Shown in pieces: positions 38,401-47,600 of a stretch of 64,000 nucleotides of DNA. Position 1 is the first letter of the stretch, and each line of letters starts with the position of its first letter. A program made the translations under genes and the position numbers. The DNA comes from Candidatus Micrarchaeia archaeon (GTDB taxonomy: Archaea > Micrarchaeota > Micrarchaeia > Burarchaeales > Fermentimicrarchaeaceae): NCBI GenBank assembly GCA_038871515.1, contig JAVZHX010000002.1, forward strand, positions 141,815 through 205,814, written 5' to 3'. Below the pieces are notes generated by a model that made no database searches, had not been told where the DNA came from, and saw only the letters and a list, made by a program, of their open reading frames with translations.

Positions 38401-40587
38401 ATGCTTGAAAGTATCCTCCAAATCCTCCAAACCACCAGTCCCTTCGTAGTTTAGGTGATCTGAGATTCTCAAATCCGCCTCTGGGTTGTATACGAATTCC
38501 TTAACGCATACTGCAACAGGCGCTTTGTCAAACTGAATGGCACTCATGTTGAAGCATGCCTTGCCGGAATGGTAGCTTTCCAAGCATATGCTGTAGTTCC
38601 CTTTAATTTTACGCGTTGCAGGATCGTAACCTATCAACAAATTTCCGATATCATAGTTGTGCTTCATCACGTAGCTTACCGGCGGGGCAACTGAGGAGTC
38701 AACAATTGTATCAACTGGTGGAGTGAGAGTTGGTGTTGGTGGAATTGTGTAGTTAACACAACCAAGCGGTTTTATCATAACAACTGTGAACTCCTTGGAT
38801 TTCAGGACACTAGTTGATGGGTCAAATGCAGTTATATTGCATTTTACGTTTCCACTGCTGTTTGCGATAATATCTGAAAAAACTGCAACTCCGCGGTTTG
38901 CGATGGGAGTTATATTCAAACTTACATTGCTGGGAATTGTTTTTAGAGGTGGGCAGGTTAGATTAACCTCACCTGCGAAGTCAGTTACTGTGTTATTCGC
39001 AGAGTCCTTCATAGTTGCGATTACTGTGAATGGGATTTCTGTAAACACAGCTGGTGGGTCAACTTCTATGTAAATATCAGCTATCCCAGCGCTGCTCACA
39101 CTCAGAGAAGCAGAGCCCTTTAAAGTGTCTGATGTTGTAACTGATAATCTATAGATGCCGGTGATGTTGAAGAATTTAAGCGAATCAGCAGAAGAAACAG
39201 TATAGGTTCCAACTCCATTTGTCACTGGAACATTTTGTGCTATAGTTTCGGTCGCAAGTTGCACCTCCGGACGCGCTTCTCGTATAATATTGACATTTCC
39301 GTTATAACTTGTATCAACCTGACCGTTTGGAAAGACAGCTTGAATAGTTATGTCAAAGGATTGACCAACCTTTATGCTTGGAGGGGTGATTACAACTACA
39401 AAACTAGTTGCTTTTGGAACTGGAGGGGCAGGGTAGTTAACTGTCACCCGAGTAGAACTATCATCCAAAACGCCAGTCTGAGAGAAGGAGTAATCATCAA
39501 ATTTAGAAGCTGTTTGAATGGTTACCTCCTTCACGAAACTATCCAGCTTGGTATATATATTGCCCTCCGCATAGCCATAAGCTAGAAGATTGAATGTGTA
39601 CTTGCCTCCTTCAGTTCCGTTGAATACGTAGAAGCACATAGAAGCGCTTTCAAAGGTGCATCGCTTCGGATCGTATGAAGCAACCAAACCTGTTGAGTTG
39701 TATATATCCTGGTAGATTCCAACTGCTTTTGAAAACTTTCCGCCTCCGTCATCTTGTGATTTGAACGGCTCGCCGTCATATGAGGAGTCACAGATGTTTC
39801 CGTACTGATCCCTGATTTCTATTGTGATATCAAAATGCTCATTTGGATTTTTTGTCAGAACTGTTGGGGACGTAACAACAATTTGATATGGGTCAGCGTG
39901 GGATACATTGACGCTTGTTGTTATCGTGTTCTGCGTGCTAATTCCGTTTAAGCATTTTGGGGCAACTGCCTTAAGGTTTGAGTAGGTGCCAGGTGAGGTT
40001 GTTATTCCAGAGAAAGTTGTTGAAGCAATCCCACTCCCATCTGAGGTGGGTGTTTGAGTTGCTCCCCATGGAGAGGTTATGCTAACGCTCCTTCCAGATA
40101 CTGCGCTGCCTCCTGAATCTGTGAGCTTCACCGCAACATCCAAATTTCCTCCTGCCTTCTCCTTATAGTAACCATTTTTATAATCAGATGTTGATTCCCA
40201 CGCTATCTTGCAGTAGAGCGGGTTTATGACATAGTTGGTATCGGTAAGCTCCTTATCATCATAGAAACCATGCTCTGCTTTGCAATGCCACGTATGTGTT
40301 CCATCATCATCCACCCCGAAATAATGTGAGTATTGATAATCAGAGCCCGTCCAACCTGCTGGATGCGGAGTTCCATCAATTATAACACTCACAGTAGCCC
40401 CAGTTATATCATTTCCCGAGGAGTTCGTGTAATCGCATTTGAAAGTAACAGTCGTTCCTATATTTCGTGGTGAGCCAGGGCTTGCGGACTGAGTTAGACT
40501 AGACGCTGGGTCAAGCGAAAAAGAGAAGGGAAGGAGGAGTATTAGCGATAGGAAGCAGAGGAATTTTTTAAAGACAACTCTCCCCAT
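32485..40587 (-). CDS. giant (2700 aa) Cys-rich, sequon-rich cell-surface protein with C-terminal TM anchor
   Basis: Signal peptide MGRVVFKKFLCFLSLILLLPFSFS, many beta-rich Ig-like segments and Cys clusters (CIPCTADINCSEGKCIGGFCQSDYLKCG), dozens of N-x-S/T sequons, C-terminal LILIVALLLLMKKRKFNK membrane anchor. Confidence 0.65.
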   Translation of the reverse strand: MGRVVFKKFLCFLSLILLLPFSFSLDPASSLTQSASPGSPRNIGTTVTFKCDYTNSSGNDITGATVSVIIDGTPHPAGWTGSDYQYSHYFGVDDDGTHTWHCKAEHGFYDDKELTDTNYVINPLYCKIAWESTSDYKNGYYKEKAGGNLDVAVKLTDSGGSAVSGRSVSITSPWGATQTPTSDGSGIASTTFSGITTSPGTYSNLKAVAPKCLNGISTQNTITTSVNVSHADPYQIVVTSPTVLTKNPNEHFDITIEIRDQYGNICDSSYDGEPFKSQDDGGGKFSKAVGIYQDIYNSTGLVASYDPKRCTFESASMCFYVFNGTEGGKYTFNLLAYGYAEGNIYTKLDSFVKEVTIQTASKFDDYSFSQTGVLDDSSTRVTVNYPAPPVPKATSFVVVITPPSIKVGQSFDITIQAVFPNGQVDTSYNGNVNIIREARPEVQLATETIAQNVPVTNGVGTYTVSSADSLKFFNITGIYRLSVTTSDTLKGSASLSVSSAGIADIYIEVDPPAVFTEIPFTVIATMKDSANNTVTDFAGEVNLTCPPLKTIPSNVSLNITPIANRGVAVFSDIIANSSGNVKCNITAFDPSTSVLKSKEFTVVMIKPLGCVNYTIPPTPTLTPPVDTIVDSSVAPPVSYVMKHNYDIGNLLIGYDPATRKIKGNYSICLESYHSGKACFNMSAIQFDKAPVAVCVKEFVYNPEADLRISDHLNYEGTGGLEDLEDTFKHPEVLWGWGYYPFSGTSSVCVGSDRYDVQFAPGNVYTDYFNITVTLPLTALEPYNITNDSILNPHELRSPEALLVVDHKDGGRLGKFTLRVPSSWLEDYNGLINGKPIPGATPLIDSNAQAIAYDNRGNIFIALTNSPKVQVVKIVRSYPPTIHFVTEIDTITEDGQYFFPYGLDTDSWGNLYVLGNTYPDTVFNHICINKYDKEFKLNASNNCTEAWEGTARDIAVTEDGASLFVVRDKKRHCEWWGCFWVGYPFIHQYNASNPAQEVSKISIFGGDGGIELQELNPLGVILDPPCTNEAGTKTYVDNVNETQSFWGEEGGYHYLRGIKYRKGYLFVIDYMAFPVRTGYFGCSGFPMECLGCCMPGCLDIFGFKIGCYRNPGTGCTQDGGCLWCPDPNNCNACLWYDTQEYEMTRILAFDTIETPGKQYRAKVVIEPKEYVTLWKAWYDPWGLLSAGLQYVQGKSSETHGIDVDNKFNVYIALKGERNMVVKYKFQPGIQDQSYNFPGGSYSFVYSGSMVESPAVDHPDDVIGYPDLIKESMMAGVSCEGCSQEGAVEPSVCEGEVEKTKTTEYSNIEGLLTSGSIAPGSPVVKLSAPLSPIYRRNFLATNITAFLRFDYTFTIRKYSNGCPSGGSLSGTSVINKQLNITSYSNHLERLVEGGGSHFSLTRPAYLTPPKKTPSTLPYLAYNYLTNRFFYKHFVMMDRVSNYMAPPDDHQWILNASYRKTFNIMQNQYYGYQYISTTPTVDQYGHQNPLYIFEYPTTNMFGNDPNKNPYVLTVVEGGVVKNKTIPFNNTMNWSYPFAYVFSPVHKEPNPLPFAPQDPPPDGASDYYYQAITNVSSLLVSILCETSARVNVTYSITVTNSSYTPFGYCYIIHAISITGAPEEASLFIMPANLSTDNGICFEDIFGRNSSMCHNTRAWFKKSIPPNTVVSQTGYDEYIDSPTRYPLLGEPYAPFPSSLLIKPVKISGPTLLAIHGFNASRRIDIPPENDNESKISGAADFMGKDLPNPLPFRGITSTSLYLRSDGNGTFRIFSWPPMDWSIISYQTSDGWVSAAPHAASETDVLLVEVWGGCENGCLIQFSKDPFGSSIIGELFLWKGQYAYYDVNTYTAVPSFTYMPPRGMVQVVPDDPRNRNFMFISSVSGKGYLGDQFEVYTDPDVILRVDNFTVGSCIPCTADINCSEGKCIGGFCQSDYLKCGVGMHPSGPPCAPSFVCPRIDVSLFNESIEVASTRDHDSNNKTRITIVGTDTSGNYNLINGSVELSSYSSMDYLGLGGPYSAVYIIEVKDGIKGETLIFRTATTKNELARISLPSSNYTAYSSIATILPNPRRLRINSNMISVDRTIGYTIKGTRNNNVIVEESSVGTPALTCALPSPAVVQPDSVLLGCGFQFDPITSPQTAGVPFQVRIRTVPLGTTYPVINAESSGCLNPSRSDAPPTNMLGTPDGKTACFWESSSYGGFVPGIFGTFGRSLSVKEFRFNITCSKDYTEIELYVSNATDCWEKILPPYKDNSSYVFYARTAPGSGPLHEISLSNGTVDAVCFWFKDITDETKPPWNEQYHYGCSVDALGIYPPGNICQFNGNATLSDTGGAYTRNNICPRQIGPFYNGVWSGYVMLGEGITNEMLKAENDVTVGFSNSFNVTTSTGVSLVSFETNETFTHVLSIEIEGNEGEHFNVTTAPLYLDGLSTAVTPEQIGVINVVPNDFVLGFYQNKSGTFIYSQQDSVVLNIPDNDSLGLHNFHYRFFDRFNNTFIVPYTIWLRQPTAIIMQVQTVRDPQNINRTIVYVTAQLLYQRWDKPEEKPNTPLPGQVMELYVQNSSRTLYGDGSQLDPVNCNPAVSGVCPIAPEESNCSCPDWIDEPGGTGDCLPNPVCHQYGILSHLETGNPYFITNATGHVNTTFKIYGFGRRLLFGVFWGTDIYAPSIEIKPFYAGGVSVAIGSFPVLEPLILIVALLLLMKKRKFNK

Positions 40588-40643
40588 TCCACCACGTCTT
40601 ACATTTTTATTATATTATAATATGGATTAATTAATAACTTTTG

Positions 40644-43064
40644 TTATCTCCCGAGCATCACCCCAAAGTTTCCAGGGTGCACGGGCGTTATTCTCCCATT
40701 GCTTATCTCGGATTTTACTATAACCGCAAGGGAACTGTATGACAGCTCAAGCTTTTTAAGAACTTCCTCCATCTCTCTTCTATTTTCAAATACAATGAAA
40801 TTCTTGCCTAAGTCAATAAGCGCAAGTGCTCTCTTAAATGCGCTTTCATCCGTGTATATATGAATGTATATCCCTTCTCCTTTCACAGTTGCGAGCATAT
40901 CGCAGTCCTTCCTGCTGTTCAGATCAGTGAATGGAATTGCATTGTTCACAAAGAAGCTCCTTAGTAACCTGAAAAGCGCAAGGTATTTCATGCTTCTCCC
41001 GCTCTTTTCCTCCCATAGTTTTAAACCATATAGGTTAACTGCTTTCACAACATCCCCGCTTTCAATCAGCTCATTCAGAATTTTTTCTAAGTTGTAGTCA
41101 GTTATCATTATTGGAACTCCTTTATGAGTTATCTTTCTCCTCATCTCATTCTTCAGCTCCTGTGCGCTCAGAGGCATAAAACTCCATTTGTATTCTCTGT
41201 TGACAGAATCAAACAAGCTGAGCAGGGAGAATTTGGAAAGCGGAATCACAACTTTCTCCATAGGTGGAAAATCGGGCACATCAATTGTGTATACTGGTTT
41301 TTCAGGTCTTCTGAGCGCAACTGCCGCCCCTCCCACCACAAGAGTTAAAACTACAATTGCCACGTTAATTGGGTTGTCAAACCAGCCGGGTGGTTTTGCT
41401 CTTTTCACATTCACCGAAATTAACTCACCACCAACATTGAACTTGAATGTGTATTCCCCAAATCCCAAGTATATATCTGGGCGCGAGTAGTTGAAGTTCC
41501 CTTCTGAGTCTGTTGTTGATGGAAGTGGCTCTCTGAATAAATCCTTTCCAGGTGTGTTGTTCACAGTTATCAAAATTAATCTGTTTTTTAACGGCTCGGC
41601 TATCTCTTCCCCAAAACGATTATCTGGGGGCAGAACTGCTCTGAAAGTTATGAACTGTGGCTCATCCCAAAACTGCAAGGTGGGGGTGATGAGAATTTGG
41701 GGCACAATGAGCAGGGATTGGGCGTATACGTAACCATCATCGTCCTCTGCCCTCAGTATATAAACTCCTCTCTCAAAATCAACCACAAAATTGCTTGAGA
41801 AGGAATACTCGCCCTGTATGAGCCTTATTCCTCTCTGTGCAAGTTGCTTGCCAACAAGCTGCATATCCTCATCATACACCGCAACGCTTATGTTTATGTC
41901 TTTTGGTTGCGAGAAGTTTGCGAGGAGTTTGAAGTCTATCGTGAAGTCCGCCTCTCCCCTTGCAACCTTTGATTTGTGGAGCATGTTGCCAGAGACAGTT
42001 TTTGTTATTCTTCGCTCAACGACGGAGTGGAAAGGAAGGTTGTTTGTTGTGTTTGTTGTCAGGTATATTCTAGCCCATCCTTCGGGGTAGCTGGAGGGAA
42101 GGAAGAAAATCATTGTTTTATTCGAGTTTGATTCATTGATTTTTGATGATGGAACCAGGAGAGTGGCGGTTGTGAGTGGAGATTGCCATTCAACCTCGTA
42201 TATTGCTCTCGCCACATCCTCGCCTGCCTGAGTTCCATTGTAGCTCCAACCAATGTCAATGCTGCGTGGGAATGCCAGCAGATAACCATTCTCATTTTTC
42301 ACAACGGACAAAGAACCGCTAACAATGGTTTCTGAGATGCTGAAAGCTGGTTTTTTCAGCCTGTATGGTGGTTTTGTTAACAAATCCGTTCTTGGCTTGT
42401 AGTTTATACCGTACTGGCGAAGCTGCGATGGCGAAACTGGCTGAACCGAACCATCTTTATTAAGCGATGAGGAGAGCTCACTTCCAATGAATATAACAAC
42501 AAACCCCTTTTTCATAAGTGCGCCCAAATCAGTTCCACTTTCAACTCCGACAAGCTGACTTGGTATTTTGCCTGTTGGAACAATGAGTATCGAGGGGCGG
42601 GTGAGAGCGTCAAGCTGGTATAGTTTAATCTGATTCAGAGTTGATTCAGGTTCTATTAAACCATACTGTTTCAAATTTTTCTCCAGTGAGTCTTTGAAAT
42701 CGCTCAATCCATCGCACTCAACACAACCGCGGAAATCACCTGAGGAATAGTCAAGCAGGTATATGTCTTTTGGCACCTGATCCGCAAGAAGCTCTGCTCT
42801 TATTTCTACATTTCGTATATCTTTTCCATTAAGCTGGGAGAGGATGTAAACAATGCTTTTCTGCTCTATTCTGGAACCACCGGGAGTTGCTTTTACAGCT
42901 CCGTAATCCAAAACGCCGGAATCAAAGATTATGAGTTCCATTTGGGGGGTGACATTGAGGGGAGGGGGGCGGTAAGGCGGAAGCATTAACAGAACGAAAT
43001 AGAGAGCAACCACCCCTATAATTAGAAGTATGAGCAACAGCAGTAGAATCTTTTTCTTGTTCAT
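40644..43064 (-). CDS. bitopic/tritopic membrane protein (806 aa) with large extracytoplasmic and C-terminal cytoplasmic domains
   Basis: N-terminal TM (ILLLLLILLIIGVVALYFVLLML), about 540-aa outside domain, second TM (VAIVVLTLVVGGAAVAL), about 210-aa C-terminal domain. Confidence 0.55.
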   Translation of the reverse strand: MNKKKILLLLLILLIIGVVALYFVLLMLPPYRPPPLNVTPQMELIIFDSGVLDYGAVKATPGGSRIEQKSIVYILSQLNGKDIRNVEIRAELLADQVPKDIYLLDYSSGDFRGCVECDGLSDFKDSLEKNLKQYGLIEPESTLNQIKLYQLDALTRPSILIVPTGKIPSQLVGVESGTDLGALMKKGFVVIFIGSELSSSLNKDGSVQPVSPSQLRQYGINYKPRTDLLTKPPYRLKKPAFSISETIVSGSLSVVKNENGYLLAFPRSIDIGWSYNGTQAGEDVARAIYEVEWQSPLTTATLLVPSSKINESNSNKTMIFFLPSSYPEGWARIYLTTNTTNNLPFHSVVERRITKTVSGNMLHKSKVARGEADFTIDFKLLANFSQPKDINISVAVYDEDMQLVGKQLAQRGIRLIQGEYSFSSNFVVDFERGVYILRAEDDDGYVYAQSLLIVPQILITPTLQFWDEPQFITFRAVLPPDNRFGEEIAEPLKNRLILITVNNTPGKDLFREPLPSTTDSEGNFNYSRPDIYLGFGEYTFKFNVGGELISVNVKRAKPPGWFDNPINVAIVVLTLVVGGAAVALRRPEKPVYTIDVPDFPPMEKVVIPLSKFSLLSLFDSVNREYKWSFMPLSAQELKNEMRRKITHKGVPIMITDYNLEKILNELIESGDVVKAVNLYGLKLWEEKSGRSMKYLALFRLLRSFFVNNAIPFTDLNSRKDCDMLATVKGEGIYIHIYTDESAFKRALALIDLGKNFIVFENRREMEEVLKKLELSYSSLAVIVKSEISNGRITPVHPGNFGVMLGR

Positions 43065-43255
43065 TTAGCACCCTCTACTTTTAATCCAAATTTCTGCAGC
43101 AAGGATATCACTTTCTTCCTGAACTCACTTTCCTCTTCCTTGTATTTTTTCACAATTCTGAAACGCTTTATGTTCTGAAACCTCTTTCTGGTGCGCAGCA
43201 GATACGTCTCCTTTTTAACTTGAGACTCCAGTATGCTTGGGGTTTCCTCCATCAC
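43061..43255 (-). CDS. small basic protein (64 aa)
   Basis: Short ORF with stop/start overlaps to both neighbours in the array. Confidence 0.3.
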   Translation of the reverse strand: MMEETPSILESQVKKETYLLRTRKRFQNIKRFRIVKKYKEEESEFRKKVISLLQKFGLKVEGAK

Positions 43256-43256
43256 T

Positions 43257-44060
43257 TCACCCTATAGCCTCAAGATACCCCTGCATAACCATTGAGTTGA
43301 GCAGGTGCTCCACTCTTGATTCTAATACGTTATATGTTTTGGCAAACTCGCTTATGTTTATCTCGTTATGATGGAGCTCAAGCCACTCCTGTATTTTCAC
43401 CTTCAGCACATCATCAGAGGGAGATTCAACCTGCTTCAACCTGAGAGTGAGCTCATCGTTCTTTGCTTTTAATTCAATTGCCTCGTTTGTCATCTTTGTG
43501 ATTGCTGCGTTGAGAGCTTCCACCTTCTTCTGCAAGGAGAGGAATTCGTTATTGAGTATGTCGTATTTTGAGAATATTTCATCATACGTTGATGCAGCAA
43601 ATTCAGTTATCTCTGTTAGCGCATTGCGCAGTATTTGGTAGAACTGCTTGTGATTCGTTTCATATTCATCTTCTATAAGAGTCATAACATTTAGGAAGTG
43701 CTTCAGCACATCTATCTTCCTTTTTCTTATGCTTATGCCAGGAACAACTGAGTAAACAACCTCAATCTCATTCGGGCGCAGGTAGATTAGTGAAAAGAGG
43801 TAGGGGTTCTTTTTTATATCCCTGCTCTCAACATTCAGCGCAGCAACGTAGTCTGATTCAACAGTTAGCATAAGGGAGCTTATTGATGAGAGGGATTCGG
43901 CAAGCTTTCTTAAATCGCCTTTTCTACTTGCAGGTAATTTGAAGCCGTAGATTTGAGGCGCGGGAGTTTCATCCTTAACCTCCTTCTTCTGCTCCTTTTT
44001 TTCAACTGGTTTTTCAGGTTTCTTTTCCATGTTTCTCAACCTTTGGGTAATATGATACAA
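43257..44060 (-). CDS. hypothetical protein with Lys/Glu-rich N-terminus and coiled coil
   Basis: 267-aa ORF (possible start at internal MEKKPEKP about 44030). Co-directional in array. Confidence 0.45.
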   Translation of the reverse strand: MYHITQRLRNMEKKPEKPVEKKEQKKEVKDETPAPQIYGFKLPASRKGDLRKLAESLSSISSLMLTVESDYVAALNVESRDIKKNPYLFSLIYLRPNEIEVVYSVVPGISIRKRKIDVLKHFLNVMTLIEDEYETNHKQFYQILRNALTEITEFAASTYDEIFSKYDILNNEFLSLQKKVEALNAAITKMTNEAIELKAKNDELTLRLKQVESPSDDVLKVKIQEWLELHHNEINISEFAKTYNVLESRVEHLLNSMVMQGYLEAIG

Positions 44061-44367
44061 GAGCGAGTAGCATGAATACCACTCCCATCACAATAGCGAG
44101 GAGTAATGATTGAATTGAGAAGGAAATGAGGAGGAGTAGCACTGCCATAAGAACTGCAAGCACTCCCCACGTCATAGCAGTTCTCTCAAACCTCCTTCTC
44201 TTCTCCTCAGCTTTTGGCAGACACTCCTTACAGACAACTAGAGTGTTTCCTGTGGAAGCGTGAAGTTTTTCCTTAATTTTTCTTATCGTATCTATAACTG
44301 GGTCATCCTCAACCCTCAATCCTTTCTTCTCCTTCTGGCATACAATGCAGACTGTTTTTCTTTTCAT
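44014..44367 (-). CDS. zinc-ribbon (CxxC...CxxC) protein with two C-terminal TM helices
   Basis: CIVCQKEKKG...CKEC followed by hydrophobic VLAVLMAVLLLLISFSIQSLLLAIVMGVVFMLLALV. Confidence 0.4.
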   Translation of the reverse strand: MKRKTVCIVCQKEKKGLRVEDDPVIDTIRKIKEKLHASTGNTLVVCKECLPKAEEKRRRFERTAMTWGVLAVLMAVLLLLISFSIQSLLLAIVMGVVFMLLALVSYYPKVEKHGKET

Positions 44368-44369
44368 AT

Positions 44370-44669
44370 CTATCCCTTCAGAACAACCTCCTGAATCTTC
44401 TTATCATCCAACCCCACTTTCTTCGCATCTGCTTTTGAGAAAATTGTTATGAGGGTTGTCTTCTCCACCCCAATATCCTCAAGAAAGTTTGAAATCTGAG
44501 TTCTGCTTGCCCCAAACCTCTCAAGCGTGATAACAAATGTGACAACATCCATTCGCTTATTTCTCTTGTCAAACATGCTCATAACTTCCTCAAGGTGGGC
44601 ATCGCTTAAACCAAATAGCTTCAGCCGCTTTCTCAGCTCGCTTTTATCAAACGTGTATGCCTTCGCCAT
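44370..44669 (-). CDS. small protein paralogous to the C-terminal domain of the adjacent ATPase
   Basis: YTFDKSELRKRLKLFGLSDAHLEEVMSMFDKRNKRMDVVTFVITLERFGASRTQISNFLEDIGVEKTTLITIFSKAD aligns colinearly with the last about 85 aa of the upstream ATPase (YSFEKNELKNKLTEFGMDDIKASELINIFSKGNKHMDILEFVKFLDKNDLARSNITSFLKVIGMEDAMIIDIFNRID). Confidence 0.5.
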   Translation of the reverse strand: MAKAYTFDKSELRKRLKLFGLSDAHLEEVMSMFDKRNKRMDVVTFVITLERFGASRTQISNFLEDIGVEKTTLITIFSKADAKKVGLDDKKIQEVVLKG

Positions 44670-47600
44670 CTACCCACCGGAATCTATTCTGTTGAATATA
44701 TCAATTATCATCGCATCCTCCATACCAATCACTTTAAGAAAAGAGGTTATATTTGATCTGGCCAAATCGTTTTTATCAAGAAACTTCACAAACTCAAGTA
44801 TATCCATATGTTTATTTCCTTTGCTGAAAATGTTTATCAATTCAGAAGCTTTTATGTCATCCATTCCAAACTCAGTTAACTTATTCTTCAGCTCATTCTT
44901 CTCAAATGAGTAATTCTTTGGAATTGTTTCATCCGCAAGCTGCGCCTGAGTTAGGATTGATTCAACGTCAAGGAAGTATTCCTCAAGAGGCTCCTCTCCA
45001 TGAACTCTCTCAAGCAGAAAAGTTTCAGGGAACTTTGTGCTTGTCTGGAATGCCATGTTAACCGCGCACTGCCCAACTCCAAACTTGCTTATCTCCTCCC
45101 TCATGTAATCACTGAAGTTCAACGAACCCTGTATGTAATCTAAGAATTTCTGGAATTTCACTCTGAGGATGAAGTTTGTTCCAACGTTTGAGAAGATTGC
45201 TTCGTGTATGTCTGTTGGGTTCTGCGAGGCGACTATGAGACCGAAGTTGTATTTTCTACCCTCTCTCACAATCATGATTGCATCAGACCTTTCATCCTTC
45301 GCAATCTTCCACGCCTCATCAAGAACAACAAGCACTCTCAAACCCTTTGTTGCAGCCCATCCGGCAGCCCTCATTTTTTCTTTTAGGAATTGGAGGATGA
45401 ACAAGCCGGCAAGCCCTCTCATTACCTCGTCAGGCAAACCGCTCATATCAACGTCAACCAGCCCAACTTCAGTAAGCTCCTCAAGCTTCACAGTGCTCTG
45501 CTGCGCGAAGTAATCCTCACCTGGCCTGCAGAAGTTTCTTAATCTGTAGATTGCATTCTCAAGCTCCGCAGGAAACTCATATGTTCCTGATTTAAGCTTA
45601 TCTTCAAGTATTTTCACAACATCTTTTAAAGTTGGTGGGGTGAGTGGTTTACCATCTGCTCCTTTCTGCTCAACTTCATTCAATTTGAAACCAGCTTCCT
45701 TATACGTTTCCTCAAGCGCTTCCTCGGTAAGCCTCTTCTGCTCCGGGTATTGCCCAATATCTGTAAGTATCTCCAACGTTCGTATAATTTGCTTAACCCT
45801 GTCAAGTGGTTTCATTCCTCCCAAATCCATTAAATTGATGAAATCCCCTTTTCCCAGTGCAATTATCCTTCCTCCTGCCTGCTTAACCCATGCCCTGTAT
45901 TCGCCTGCCCAGTCAATTATTATCGCGTTGCTCCCCCAAACGAAAGCAGCGCGTGAGAGGAAAGTTTTGACGAAGTAGGAGTTATGCACAAATACTCCGC
46001 CAAAGCCTGCAAGGAAAACTTCCTCATCAACCTCCAAATCATAAACGTAAGGTGAGTTGCTGTTTATTTTCTCTATGTTGCTTATTCTATCCCAAACTAT
46101 ATCCGAGTTGGAAAGTAGTTTCAGAAATTCAACATCATCCCAAATTGTTGGCTCAGATTCATCTAATGAAAGTTGATGGGATAACTGCGGTGCGTAACCT
46201 GCAAAATTGCTTTCAACCTCATTGAGCATACCCGCGAGGTATTCTCTTGAAGGAGTTCTGAGCCCAGCAGCTATTGAATAAGTCATCTGAGTTCGTCTTA
46301 ACACTCCGTTTTTGACAAGTCTATTCACTACTGAGCCTATCTCTGGGATGAGGTCAACATTGCTGTGTGCTTTTGTTTTTGCAAGCAGTTTCGCAAGCTT
46401 TTCGTTTTTTGTTTTAAATGCAAAACCTATCTCCGCAAATTTCTCCAAGTTTTTCTTTCCAGAAATGGTAATTCTGTAGTAATAAGAGCCTGAATGGGAT
46501 GAGTTGGTGGCACGTTTCCAATGAGAGTGAACACGGGCATTCACTCCAAATTTTAGGAGTAGGTAGAGTAGATCATTGGCGAGTTCCCTGGATTTTGTGG
46601 TTGCGCAGACAGCGTGATGCTCCACGCTTCCATCTCCTTCGAAATAACCTCTTAGATACTCGGATATAATTTTTCTTGAGCAGGAGAATATGAAGGAGGG
46701 AACTGCTCTCTCCCCAGATTTTTTGTGCAGCAGAAGAGATTTGATGAGCTGTATGAATGGCTCTGAAGCAATTCTTACTCCTTTTCTAACTCTAAAGGAA
46801 CTGCTTCCAACAGAACTAGCACACCTCTCTACTTCTGCAAGAAATTCCTTGTTGCAGTTGCTCACATGGATGAAGTCCTTTGCTGTGTTTCCCTCAGCAG
46901 TTATGAAGCCAAGCAACCTTGCCAGTTCTGGCGTTATTGGGAGTATTGCTGGCAAGTTTATTCTTCCGTTGCGTGCCCGTATTCTAAGTTTTTTCATCTC
47001 CTCCTTCTCCAGCGGGGAGGTTCTGAGCAGCTTTCTGAAGTAGCGAAGCGGAACTGCTCTCCCATGCTTGTAGAAGCGTATGTATTTATCATACTGCTCG
47101 TCTATTGGTAGGTTGGATTCTATTTTCTCCCAACTAAATCTCACAAAGTTCAACCCCGTTACATACAGCTTGCTTTCACCAAGCAAATCCAGGAGGTTTA
47201 GCTCATCAAGGTTTGAATTGGAGTTTATTGAACGAGGTGTTGGGACGAAATCGCCTGGCTGAACTTCACTGCTTTTCACGACTCTGATGTATCCATCCCT
47301 GAAAACAACTATATTGTGATCGCCAGTTGTCTTAACCTCCCTCCCACTGCTTGTTGTGAATTTATACATCTGCTCGGGAGCTTCCTTCCTGGCAGCAGTG
47401 ACAACCCTGCTCCATTTTGCTTTTAGTGTGCTGTCAAAAGTATAAACTTCAACATTTGGGTTTCTCACGCAGGTGCAACCATCAATTTCCTCCGCCCCCT
47501 CTTGCTCAATCAATGAGTCCACAAGCTCCCCTATTCTGACAAGCTTTTCATTTCCATCAACTCTCACCAGAACTTTTTCATCTGGTGATATCGACTTGCC

